A stretch of 32,589 nucleotides of DNA from Octopus bimaculoides (taxonomy: Eukaryota), in contig NC_068987.1 in assembly GCF_001194135.2 (NCBI RefSeq), positions 76,742,638 to 76,775,226 on the forward strand, given 5' to 3'. Within the stretch, counting starts at the first letter, position 1; each line of letters begins with the position of its first letter. Both the position numbers and the translations under genes were made by a program. The notes beneath the pieces are model-generated. The model worked only from the letters and a program-made list of their open reading frames with translations. It had not been told where the DNA came from and ran no database searches. Shown piece after piece: positions 21,167 through 32,388 of the stretch.

Positions 21167-21599
21167 TTAGTAGATGAAAAACAATTTCTTCTAATGTAGG
21201 ATACAGGTCTAATTGCATATCAGAATCTAATGTTATTTAAATACTGATTCCTGGCAGGTAAATATACCAAAGTCATGTTAGAATTAACTCTTCTATCAAG
21301 AAAAACAAAAAAAAAAAAAAAAAAAAAAAAAATGGCAAAACACCTGCATTGGAATTGAACTTCAAATCTACATGATCAAATCACATGTTCAGTAGTAAAT
21401 TCACTTAACTGTCCCTTTCAGTGGTGACTAGTGTACGGTGAGAGGATTTAAACCAGTTGTTTATATAAAAACAGCTATGTTAGGATCAGATACCACAACT
21501 CTATACCTTTCTGCTTTGAAAAAGTTAACAAGTAAATTTAATTTTATTTGCTAACGTATAAGACATAAAAAGTTTATTCTTTTCTTTCAAAGTGTAACA

Positions 21600-21914
21600 T
21601 GAATTCCCCCCCCCCACACACACACATACATACCTACACAGACATACATGCACACATATACACATATACATACATGCACTATGGGATGGTGCGCATAAGT
21701 ACACATGCAGATAAATGCCTATGTCTATATGCTGTTTATGTACACACTTCTGCATGTAACTATTCATTTATAGACAAACATACATCTAATTTTACATGCA
21801 TATATATGTATATAAGTATGCATACACATCTATCTATCCATCCATCTACATATTTATCTATCTATACATGTACATATATAAATGCACACATATATATATA
21901 CATACATATATATA

Positions 21915-21960
<46 letters not shown>

Positions 21961-22090
21961 GATAGATAGATAAATATATTATATATATCTATCCATATTG
22001 TTTACACACCCGTCTTTGTATTTTGCTTTGCTTGTTTTTTTTTGTAAATTTCAACAATATATATATATATATTATATAAATATATATTAT
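21600..22090. repeat. Compound (CA)/(TA)/(TATC) microsatellite with a P1 terminal fragment (21985-22066)
   Basis: TTGTTTACACACCCGTCTTTG is the reverse complement of AAGACGAAGATGGGTGTGTAAACAA in the 1900-2066 copy. Confidence 0.8.
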
Positions 22091-22919
22091 NNNNNNNNNN
22101 NNNNNNNNNNNNNNNNNNNNNNNNNNNNNNNNNNNNNNNNNNNNNNNNNNNNNNNNNNNNNNNNNNNNNNNNNNNNNNNNNNNNNNNNNNNNNNNNNNNN
22201 NNNNNNNNNNNNNNNNNNNNNNNNNNNNNNNNNNNNNNNNNNNNNNNNNNNNNNNNNNNNNNNNNNNNNNNNNNNNNNNNNNNNNNNNNNNNNNNNNNNN
22301 NNNNNNNNNNNNNNNNNNNNNNNNNNNNNNNNNNNNNNNNNNNNNNNNNNNNNNNNNNNNNNNNNNNNNNNNNNNNNNNNNNNNNNNNNNNNNNNNNNNN
22401 NNNNNNNNNNNNNNNNNNNNNNNNNNNNNNNNNNNNNNNNNNNNNNNNNNNNNNNNNNNNNNNNNNNNNNNNNNNNNNNNNNNNNNNNNNNNNNNNNNNN
22501 NNNNNNNNNNNNNNNNNNNNNNNNNNNNNNNNNNNNNNNNNNNNNNNNNNNNNNNNNNNNNNNNNNNNNNNNNNNNNNNNNNNNNNNNNNNNNNNNNNNN
22601 NNNNNNNNNNNNNNNNNNNNNNNNNNNNNNNNNNNNNNNNNNNNNNNNNNNNNNNNNNNNNNNNNNNNNNNNNNNNNNNNNNNNNNNNNNNNNNNNNNNN
22701 NNNNNNNNNNNNNNNNNNNNNNNNNNNNNNNNNNNNNNNNNNNNNNNNNNNNNNNNNNNNNNNNNNNNNNNNNNNNNNNNNNNNNNNNNNNNNNNNNNNN
22801 NNNNNNNNNNNNNNNNNNNNNNNNNNNNNNNNNNNNNNNNNNNNNNNNNNNNNNNNNNNNNNNNNNNNNNNNNNNNNNNNNNNNNNNNGGCAAATATAGT
22901 CATATTTCTTTCAAGCCAC

Positions 22920-23055
22920 TTTGTTTTTTTTTTCTTTTCTTTTTAATATTCTTCTTCTTCTTCTTCTTCTTCTTCTTCTTCTTCTTCTTCTTCTCCTTCT
23001 TCTCCTTCTTCTTTTCCTTCTCCTTCTCCTTCTTCTTCTTCTTCTTTCTTCTTCT
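22920..23055. repeat. (CTT)n microsatellite
   Basis: Direct reading. Confidence 0.95.
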
Positions 23056-23174
23056 ATTTCGTAACACACCATGTTTGAAACGAAAGGAAGTACTGTGTTG
23101 CACATGACTGCATCTTTGTTGAATAACAGGCATGGCATTAACCAAACTGAGTTCTTTAGACTAATTCTGTACAC

Positions 23175-23514
23175 ACCCACATACATGCAGGTACACACAG
23201 AGGGATGCGCATACAGAGGCACACATACATACATACACACACACACACATACATACACATACATAGACAGGTGCTCAAACACATATACATGGGTGCACGT
23301 ACACACACTCCCATACACAAGTTTACATATAGTCACAAACACAGGTGCACACACAGACATGTATGCATGCACACAAACGCATGCATGCATATATACATAC
23401 ACACATATATGTATATATATTTATATATGTATATGTATATATATTTATATATGTATGTATGTATATATATGCATATATATATATGTATATGTATGTATGT
23501 ATATATATGCATAT

Positions 23515-23546
<32 letters not shown>

Positions 23547-23900
23547 GCATGTATATATATATATATATACATATGCATACACATGAACATACGTACACAC
23601 ATACATACATGTGGATGCAAACGTTTAAGCACACATCCTCACACACAAATGAAACATGCACATACATGCATGCAGTTACGCATACACACATGCACAAACT
23701 TACAGATGTTTGCATATATAGCAGTGTGTGTGATGGTCATAGCATTAGGGGTGGGTAATGTTTTCTAAGCTAATTCTTCATACACAAACATATACACCTG
23801 TACATGCACATATGTGTATGTACATGCATAAATTGCGCATGACATTAACAGATTAATCAGGAAATAATCTCATAAACACATACATTTACATAGTTGCATA
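23175..23900. repeat. Compound (CA)/(TA)/(CATA) low-complexity tract
   Basis: Direct reading. Confidence 0.9.
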
Positions 23901-24027
23901 ACTCACAACCATACACATACTTATAGAGTTTGAGAAATGCACTCACAGAGCCAGCGTTCTATGGACTTATCCCTCTCATATACCCCTGTATATATACACT
24001 CATGCTTAAAGTTGTATGTAGATACAT

Positions 24028-24313
24028 TTAGAAACAAAAGCAATCAGAGTGTGCAAACCTCCACCAAGGCAACACCATTGTCCTCTCAGCTATTACTAAA
24101 AATGAATCCGACATCTCTCAAAAATTAAGTAAAAAAACAAACTCGAAAAATAATCCAGAATCCTTGTCTGGTACTCATTTGATCCCAAAATCTAATCACT
24201 TTGTGCCAGTCATAAGGCCAAATATCCCTGAAAATTTCATCCAGATCCATTCAGCGGTTCTTGAGATATCTTGTCCATGGACAAGCAAACAAAGAAAAGG
24301 TGGAGGTAATAAT
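24028..24313 (-). mobile_element. Helentron-associated non-autonomous element (HINE-like)
   Basis: Subterminal inverted pair ACCTCCACC (24057-24065) and GGTGGAGGT (24299-24307); minus 5' end TTATTACCTCC; internal CAAAATCTAATCAC..GAAAATTTCATCC..CAGCGGTTCTTGAGAT motif that I associate with such families. Confidence 0.6.
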
Positions 24314-24419
24314 GAAAAGACTGGACCATTCTTTAAATTTCGTCAGGACACATACACACATATAAATGCATATAGTCACATACAGAGACACATATTGTAC
24401 TTACAAATTACTCTTACTC

Positions 24420-24633
24420 ATTTACTTTTTTTTTGTTTCGGTCATTTGACTTTGGCCATGCTGGAGCACCACCTTTAGTCAAACAAATCGACTCCAGGAC
24501 TTATTCTTTGTAAGCCTAGTACTTATTCCATCAGAACCTTAGCTGAATTGCTAAGTTACAGGGATGTAAACATACCAGCATCAGTTGTCAGGCGATGGAG
24601 GGGGCACAAATACAAACACACAAACGCACACAT

Positions 24634-24675
<42 letters not shown>

Positions 24676-24852
24676 ACACACACACAAACACACATATACG
24701 ACAGGCTTCTTTCAGTTTCCTCCTACCAAATCCACTCACAAGGCTTTGGTCGGCCCAAAGCTCTAGCAGAAGACACTTGCCCAAGGTGCCACGCAGTGGG
24801 ACTGAACCCAGAACCATGTGGTTCGTTAGCAAGCTACTTACCACACAGCCAC
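24420..24852 (-). mobile_element. Composite SINE C (24420-24625), (CA)n, A (24699-24852)
   Basis: Gap-free co-oriented pair. Confidence 0.9.
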
Positions 24853-25066
24853 ATAAATTTATACACAGAGAACGTATAGACACTGAGGAGTTTGTTGAAA
24901 GACCTGTGACCTTTAAACAGATTTAAAATGCATGTGCAGGACTGTGCACTTATACATCTCTACACATGTTGTCTCAAACACTTGCACATATTCATACAAT
25001 GGGTTCTAAACCAAAATATTTTTGTTCTACAAAAGAATATTTAACACATAAAATGAGGAACACATA

Positions 25067-25460
25067 TTTTTTTTTTTTTTTTTTAAGTTTCAGCTTAGAG
25101 CTGCGGCCATGTGGATGCACCACCGTGTTGCTACACTGTTATTACAAGGAGCCTCTTACAATATGTCGCACTTGGTGAAGAATGGAGTTTGATTTAGCAA
25201 CCCTCATTTGGGACTCTCAATAGGAAGAGGTCCAGCTTTGATTTAAAAATCCCTACATCTACTTTGTGCAGGTTCCTCAGGCTCTTTGGGAGAATATTAA
25301 AAAGCTGTGGGCCCCTGAATCCCAAGCTGTTGCAGTAACTGGTCCTGAAGCGCGATGGCATTGCTGGGATCTTTGGCACTATGCAGTGTCGTCCCGTTCT
25401 GGCATTGGTGTAGCTTTCAATGCCAAAATTTGGTATATATTGGCACACTAATCCATGCTT
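25067..25460 (-). mobile_element. 5'-truncated CR1-group LINE: ORF2 C-terminus, 3' UTR and poly(A)
   Basis: PNFGIESYTNARTGRHCIVPKIPAMPSRFRTSYCNSLGFRGPQLFNILPKSLRNLHKVDVGIFKSKLDLFLLRVP, then SNSILHQ in another frame; tail and ~18-nt poly(A) (T-run at 25067-25084). Confidence 0.85.
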
Positions 25461-25634
25461 TTTTATATATACATACATATATATACAAATGGACTGGAGA
25501 GTATTGTTTGATTTGCATGTGTGCACTCTCACATTAGGAAAAAATCTTAAGAAAGCAACATATTTTCTATAGAGTTCACAGATACACTGATGAACTCATA
25601 AATACAGCATACACACACACATATATATGTGTGT

Positions 25635-25725
25635 GTGTGTGATCCTGGGATCAATTTGTTTGACTAAAGGCAGTGTTCCAGCATGGCCGCAATCAAATGA
25701 CTGAAACAAGTAAAATAATAAAAGA
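25635..25725 (+). mobile_element. SINE module C 3' fragment
   Basis: GACTAAAGGCAGTGTTCCAGCATGGCCGCAATCAAATGACTGAAACAAGTAAAA. Confidence 0.85.
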
Positions 25726-25755
25726 ATACATATATACCGATATGTATACACACAT

Positions 25756-25803
<48 letters not shown>

Positions 25804-27119
25804 AAAAATTTAGGGTTTAGCAAGTATTGCTTCACCACATACCACACTCCGAGTGATGCTATTTTTGGGAGTCGTATGNNNNNNNNNNNNNNNNNNNNNN
25901 NNNNNNNNNNNNNNNNNNNNNNNNNNNNNNNNNNNNNNNNNNNNNNNNNNNNNNNNNNNNNNNNNNNNNNNNNNNNNNNNNNNNNNNNNNNNNNNNNNNN
26001 NNNNNNNNNNNNNNNNNNNNNNNNNNNNNNNNNNNNNNNNNNNNNNNNNNNNNNNNNNNNNNNNNNNNNNNNNNNNNNNNNNNNNNNNNNNNNATATATA
26101 TATATATATAAATGGTTATGAAGTGATCTTGGGTTCAATTCCACTTCACCACAACTTGAGCAAATATCATTCTTCAACCTTAGTTAGCTACTGACCCTCT
26201 ATGAAACAGTTGTGCCAAAATACATTAGTGCATTGCCCACATACTTGACACAGTGTTGCACATAATCATTTCACATTGCATTAATAAATGCAAATTCTAT
26301 ACTAATCCAAGCCCCATTCCTCTTTTTCTGTTTGTCTTCAATGTATCTCATCACCATTGAAAATTTATTCAAAATCCTTTAAATGTATCTTTTTTTTTTT
26401 TTTTCGCAACAGAGATGCAACCTCCCTGAACTCTCTCTCTCCCAGCTTCTGTTTTCCACACAGATATCAGCCTAACAAAAGTTCATGCTGAACAGTAACC
26501 TCATTGACCCAACTTGTTTGCCAAGGTCTGCAAAGGTCATAGGTATGCAAAGGTCAAAGATCCTTATATAATAATGATGTATTAGATAATAAAATGTATC
26601 TAATTAAGAAAATGAAAGCACTGAAAAATATTTTGCGCAATATTGGTGTTTCATGCTATAATTTATATATTTTTATTATGATTTTTTCTCTAATTAATAA
26701 ATGAAAGACCATTTGTTTTTACTTCTTGTTTTTTTACTTTCGCAGCTGTCTTTTACCTCACCTCAATAATACTCCTTTACATCAATTTGGATTTATCACT
26801 TTTGTCTATATGTAGGCGTTTTCTTTTTATTAAAGCATTACTTTTTAATAAATTCTGTTCAAAAATGTAATTGCATAGTACAAGGTCTGTATCTATTTTA
26901 AGGTTTGTGGTTCCCATTAAAGGATGTAAACATTTTAATCTTCCTTGACATAAGATATTCTTTAATTGATGGCTCATGAAGCTATGACTTCATAGTCGAA
27001 GTCATAGCTTCAGAGGCCACCAATTATGAGATGAAAGAAAGAACATTAGACATTTCATTAAGCACCATGTATAGAAGAATATGAATTCAAAATTAAGAAA
27101 ATGAAATGAGGAGAAAAAC

Positions 27120-27790
27120 TGGTTTTTGTTGGAAAAACATGTGAGTTTAATATATGGAAGAAAGATCATAAAGGAAGCCCCTTATGAAAAATATCTTTAC
27201 ACAATTGATGGAAAGCAGGAGGCTGAATTAGAAGCTAGCATGGCAGATATTGGCACAATCATGTACAAGCTCCAGTATTCAATCCTCAGTGGAGAGGAGA
27301 TTGGCAAAAATCACCAGGCCTACTGCCTTCGGTTCAGTTTTCATGCCTATCCTTGTCTATGATCATGAATCTATAGATAAACAATCACATCAATGAACTC
27401 TCAAAGTTAAGAGATAATGCAATGATTATTACATATGACAGAGTAATCTGAATGCTAAAGAGTACAATGATGAATACAAGCAGCCAAAATGGGGTTCCTT
27501 CAAAGGATCTCTGGAGTAATGTTACTCAACAAGGTGCATGGCTCAGAGAGTCTCCAAGTTGAACTGTTACATCTCTGCATTGAGAGGTCACAGCTACAGT
27601 ATGATGAACATGTGATTAGAATGTTGCAGGAAAGATTCACAAGACACATTCTTCAAGCCAAGCCAAGTCAAGCCAACTGGCAGGAGACCGAGAGGTAGAC
27701 TGTGTGAGATGATTGAATAATATCTATGGTCTCAGGTGGTCATGCTTGGAAATCCAACTGAAGTTGCTTCTAATAGAACTCAATGGAGTA
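27120..27790 (+). mobile_element. Decayed RTE-clade LINE ORF2 C-terminal fragment
   Basis: KYLYTIDGKQEAELE..IGTIM (cf. KYLG..TxDGxxDxEL..RIGKAS..M); MGFLQRISGVMLLNKV..ESLQVELLHLCIERSQLQYDEHVIRMLQER (cf. MxFLRRIxGxxLLDKV..ESLxVEPLLLxIERSQLRWFGHVxRM). Confidence 0.85.
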
Positions 27791-28041
27791 GTGACTTGTA
27801 GGCACACAGCATTTCGTTATGCAAACATAATATGCTACAAAGTATATTAAACGTTTTTATAAGTCAGTACCACGTACTACTATGTTAGCAGTGCACTGAG
27901 ATCACATATTAAGGCGTTTGCAAGAAAATCAGTGCTGGCAATAATTCTCATTGAAAATCTGTAGAGATAACCTTAACACAGGATTTAATAGCACTGGTAA
28001 CTCAGTAGTACACAGTATTGACTAATAAAAATGTTTAATTT

Positions 28042-28390
28042 AGGCACAGCAGTGGCTGTGTGGTAAGTAGCTTGCTTACTAACCACATGGTTCTGGGTTC
28101 AGTCCAACTGCATGGCACCTTGGGCAAGTGTCTTCTACTATAGCCTTGGGCTGACCAAAGCCTTGTGAGTGGATTTGGTAGATGGAAACTGAAAGAAGCT
28201 CATCGTATATATATATATATATATATATCGTCATCATCATCGTCGTTTAACGTCCACCTTCCATGCTACCATGGGTTGGACGATTTGACTGAGGACTGGT
28301 GAAACCAGATGGCTACACCAGTCTCCAATCTGATTTGGCAGAGTTTCTACAGCTTGATACCTGTCCTAACGCCGATGCCCTTCCTAACAT
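28042..28390. mobile_element. SINE A(+) (28042-28205) tail-to-tail with SINE D(-) (28228-28390)
   Basis: The two copies meet at a shared (TA)n/(CAT)n junction. Confidence 0.9.
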
Positions 28391-29164
28391 CATAACAAAA
28401 TCAATTCTGGTCATAATTTCTGTAGAAAATCTGGAGAGATGACCTTAACATGTGATATATGGTGTAGGCGCCTAAGAACTTTACCCAACAACCCTCCTAG
28501 GAATAGTGAGCAGAGAAGATGGACGGATGGATGCAATAGGGCTTGTCCTTGAAAACATCCTTATTAAAATGAAACAGTGTGAAGAGAAAGCAATTTGTAG
28601 AGACAACAACTTTTATGTTTGAACTCGTGGCAAAGCTGAATTTTTTCTGTGTTAATGACCATCCTTGTAAGTTTCATATTTTTCATTGCTTTTCATAGAG
28701 TTTCGTTGCTTTATTATTATTTGGTCCAGATTAGACCAACAACCTCCCCTTTTCTACCATCGGAACTCTTGTGGCTATTCACCAGTAATGGATTTATTGA
28801 TGGACTATTGAGTAAACTAGTCCATTTATCAGCTAGTTATGATGTTTTGAACCAAACTTACAGATTAACTTTCTCGTATTCTCCACAGACTAACTTCACA
28901 GACAGTACCTTTAGAATAAGTCACTTGCACTCTATCTTCTACACTCTGTGCCATTTTTAATGCTTAGCACTGACATTATGAGTCTATTATATATGCAGAT
29001 TATATCATCACTTGTCACATCACCATTTTCATGGGGATTATCGAATGTAAGCACATTATTTTTGTTGGAAAAACTTCACATACTATTTTGAAATGCTAAT
29101 TTCTAATATTGGATTTAATCTTTTGGATGTTGTCCATAAAGCAATCGGCTACAAAAATCCATTA

Positions 29165-29262
29165 AGCTGTGTGTGCGTGCGTGTGTGTGTGTGTGTATGT
29201 GTGTGTATACACACATACAAATACACACACATGTTTGCACACACATACATACATATATATAA

Positions 29263-29309
<47 letters not shown>

Positions 29310-29358
29310 GATGTATACATATATATACATATATATATATATACATATATATATGCAC

Positions 29359-29402
<44 letters not shown>

Positions 29403-29480
29403 GAACATATATATATATATATATAAATATATACACCCAGAGGGAGGAAGAGATAAATGATAAATAGATAAATAGATAAA
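29165..29480. repeat. Compound (TG)/(CA)/(TA)/(GATA) microsatellite
   Basis: Direct reading. Confidence 0.95.
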
Positions 29481-30497
29481 TGAAAGGAAATCGAATGAAC
29501 AACATTCTGTATTTAAAACACTACAATTGTTTCAACACATTCTTACACATGTAGTACATTCGTGAGATGTTATGTAATCTTTATCATCTATCCAAGATGT
29601 AAAATGCACCTCTTCAGGTGTTGTTAGAATAAGACCTTCATTAAATTCTACCGACCTTTCACTTAGTGTTAGAGTGCATACTCAAAGTGATGTCTTTGTC
29701 AGAAGTTTACAGACAAAACTAAACCCATAAGATACAATGACAGGCAAAATACAATTAAAACCAAAACACAATATACAGAAATAAAGAAATAGGTAAAAAA
29801 GAGTGGGGCAAGTTGATTATAAATTACAATTACATCTTCATGGTTTGATTATAAGAAAGTGCTAATCAGAATAAAGAATGAAATTGAGCATTTAGAGATA
29901 TTAAAGTGATAAAGTGCTGAAGACTGACCATTTCAATACTCATCGACTATTTCTGTGAAGGACGTAAATTATCATCTGTCTCTTGGGACAAAACAACTGT
30001 CCCTATTCTACACTCAATCAGCCTCTACTTATTTATTACCGTTTAGTTTTTATATGCTGTTTTGAAACAATTAGAAAAAAAAAGTTAGTAATCTATATAA
30101 ATTCCATGGATTATATGGAATTCCAGATGTATATGCAGCAGCAGGAACATTTCCACTGTACGATGACATGATGACATCAGGTAGCCAGTAACTATGGACA
30201 AGCTTTGCATAGCATTCTAGAAGAATTTTACCTAAATCTTATTTAAAAACACACGCACACACACACTCACACTCACACACACACGCACATATTCTGTTCT
30301 CTATTATGTTCAGTATTTATGTATTATGTTATACCTCAAGCAATAGCCATTCAAGGGACACTCTTCATTTCATTTTCATATTGTATCACTTCCTAAATCA
30401 CTTCCTAATTCTACTTTAACCACTTTTCTAAGATCTTCCCTACTCTCATCCCACCCCCAGAACAATATTCCCCAGAAATTCTTTTCCTACCATATTC

Positions 30498-31101
30498 CTT
30501 TACTTGTTTCAGTCATTTGACTGCAGCCATGCTGGAGCACCGCCTTTAGTCGAGCAAATCAACCCCAGGACTTATTCCTTGTAAGCCTAGTACTTATTCT
30601 ATTAGTCCCTTTTGCCAAACCGCTAAGTTACGGGGGATGTAAACACACCAGCATCAGTTGTCAAGCAAAGTTGGGGAGACAAACACAGGCACACAAACAT
30701 ATACACACATACACACACACACATATATATCGTCCAACCCATGCTAGCATGGAAAGCGGACGTTAAACGATGATGATGATGATGATGATGATATANNNNN
30801 NNNNNNNNNNNNNNNNNNNNNNNNNNNNNNNNNNNNNNNNNNNNNNNNNNNNNNNNNNNNNNNNNNNNNNNNNNNNNNNNNNNNNNNNNNNNNNNNNNNN
30901 NNNNNNNNNNNNNNNNNNNNNNNNNNNNNNNNNNTATATACATATATGCGAAAGGCTTCTTTCAGTTTCCGTCTACCAAATCCACTCACAAGGCTTTGGT
31001 CGGCTCAAGGCTATAGTAGAAGACACTTGCCCAAGGTGCCATGCAGTGGGACTGAACCCAGAACCATGTGGTTGGGAAGCCAGCTACTTACCACACAGCC
31101 A
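30498..31101 (-). mobile_element. Composite SINE C (30498-30700) + A (30950-31101) with a D(+) tail (30731-30791) in the internal microsatellite
   Basis: Consensus matches; N gap at 30796-30934. Confidence 0.85.
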
Positions 31102-31464
31102 CTTCCACAGCTATCAACTTACAACAGAAGTGAAACAAATTTCAGTGATAAAAATTATTTAATCCCAGCTTTGCATCTACCCAGAAAACCAACAACTAAA
31201 GGTGTTCCAGCTGTAATTAATCTTAAGAGTATCTTGGACTACATTGTCTCATGTGACTCTATTTGAACATATCTGAGTCATAAGAATTCATATTTCTTCA
31301 CTTCTAGAGTATGAGTTGTCATGTAGCTCTTTTTCAGCAAAGAACTTGCTTTGTTCGGCCCTTTTTTCTCATACTTTGCCCCTCTCTATTCCTTATTCTC
31401 CTAGCATAAAGTTCCCCCTTCCCACTCAAGGTTCATAGTCTTGCTGCTGCATAGTGACCTCTCT

Positions 31465-31660
31465 AGTGTTGGTGGCATGAAAAAAACACCCAGTACACAC
31501 TGTAAAGTGGTTGGTGTCAGGAAGGGCATCTTATTGGAAAATCTATAGCAAAGCTATCACTGGAATCCAATGCATTTCTTGGGCCTTTGAGAACCTGTAT
31601 TATCATCATACCCCTGCCAGCTTGGAACATAGGCATTAAATGATGATGATGATGATGATG
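31465..31660 (+). mobile_element. Old SINE family D copy
   Basis: GGTGGCATGAAAAAAACACCCAGTACACACTGTAAAGTGGTTGG..GGAAGGGCATC..GGCATTAAAT(GAT)n. Confidence 0.7.
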
Positions 31661-31749
31661 GTTTGTGCCATATCCTATAGATGGCAACCATCAACTTGCA
31701 TGGCAAGAATTTACCCTCTGCACTTGTTTTTTGTTTATCTCTCTTGCAG

Positions 31750-31848
31750 CTATCACCACGCAACTGTCTAAGGACATCAAACATTCCAGGTGCACAAGAC
31801 ATGGCAACTTTGCAAAGGCTAAAAGCACAATGCCTTGTTCCAAAATAA
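31750..31848 (+). CDS. Candidate 3'-terminal coding exon of an unidentified gene (phase 0: LSPRNCLRTSNIPGAQDMATLQRLKAQCLVPK*)
   Basis: Strong acceptor TTGTTTTTTGTTTATCTCTCTTGCAG|; unique balanced-composition sequence followed by an AT-rich tract with AATAAA hexamers (~32069, ~32129, ~32268). No homologue recognised and no upstream exon found. Confidence 0.3.
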   Translation, partial: LSPRNCLRTSNIPGAQDMATLQRLKAQCLVPK

Positions 31849-32349
31849 TCAATTACCAAAATCAAAAGATGGAAAAACACAACCGGAAACAAAAGGCCGA
31901 AATCTTATTAAATGTATACAACAGATCATTAAATTGTAACTAGAAAGAAAATGAATGGAAAAAAAAATTTAGAATCTCTAACTGTGTCACATCATATTGG
32001 AAAGAATGGTAAACATTAGAGACTGTATTATTGAAAATTGTTTGCTGATTGTGTAATTAAAAAGGTATTAATAAAAAACAATACACGATGATCATGCTAC
32101 AAGCATTGATTATTAAATTTTGATTATGAATAAACAGATGTTTTTTCTTCTCTCTTTCTCTCTCTCACTCTCTCTCTCTCTCTTTCTCTCTCCCTCTCTC
32201 TCTCTCTCTCCGTCTTATATTCTGAATACAATAGATGATTTGATTTCAATAAAATTGAATATTTCTTTCAAAGAATCAATTATTTTGCAGGTGCTCTAAT
32301 CATTTTCCCCCCTTATTGCAGGTGTTTGGCAACTATAATCATATATTAA

Positions 32350-32384
<35 letters not shown>

Positions 32385-32388
<4 letters not shown>

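Noticed and set aside
26385-26546. Two strong plus-strand acceptors (26410, 26463) and a GTATGC donor
   Set aside because: All frames hit stops before the donor and no recognisable peptide results; not supportable as a coding exon.
28649-28960. 103-aa ORF in unique sequence
   Set aside because: Non-ATG start, no known motif and no convincing splice-site pair.
30075-30195. Protein-like frames on both strands (LYGIPDVYAAAGTFPLYDDMM on plus; ECYAKLVHSYWLPDVIMSSYSG on minus)
   Set aside because: Short, no recognised homology, weak splice sites, and the two readings are mutually exclusive.
932-31266. Long six-frame ORFs (e.g. 932-1948, 11545-12675, 21989-23107) and poly-T/V/M/I/H/YI peptides
   Set aside because: They are open only because of N runs or di/trinucleotide microsatellites; ORFs such as RQASFSFRLPNPLTRLW and VKAPTTLSEWL are translations of SINE consensus sequence.
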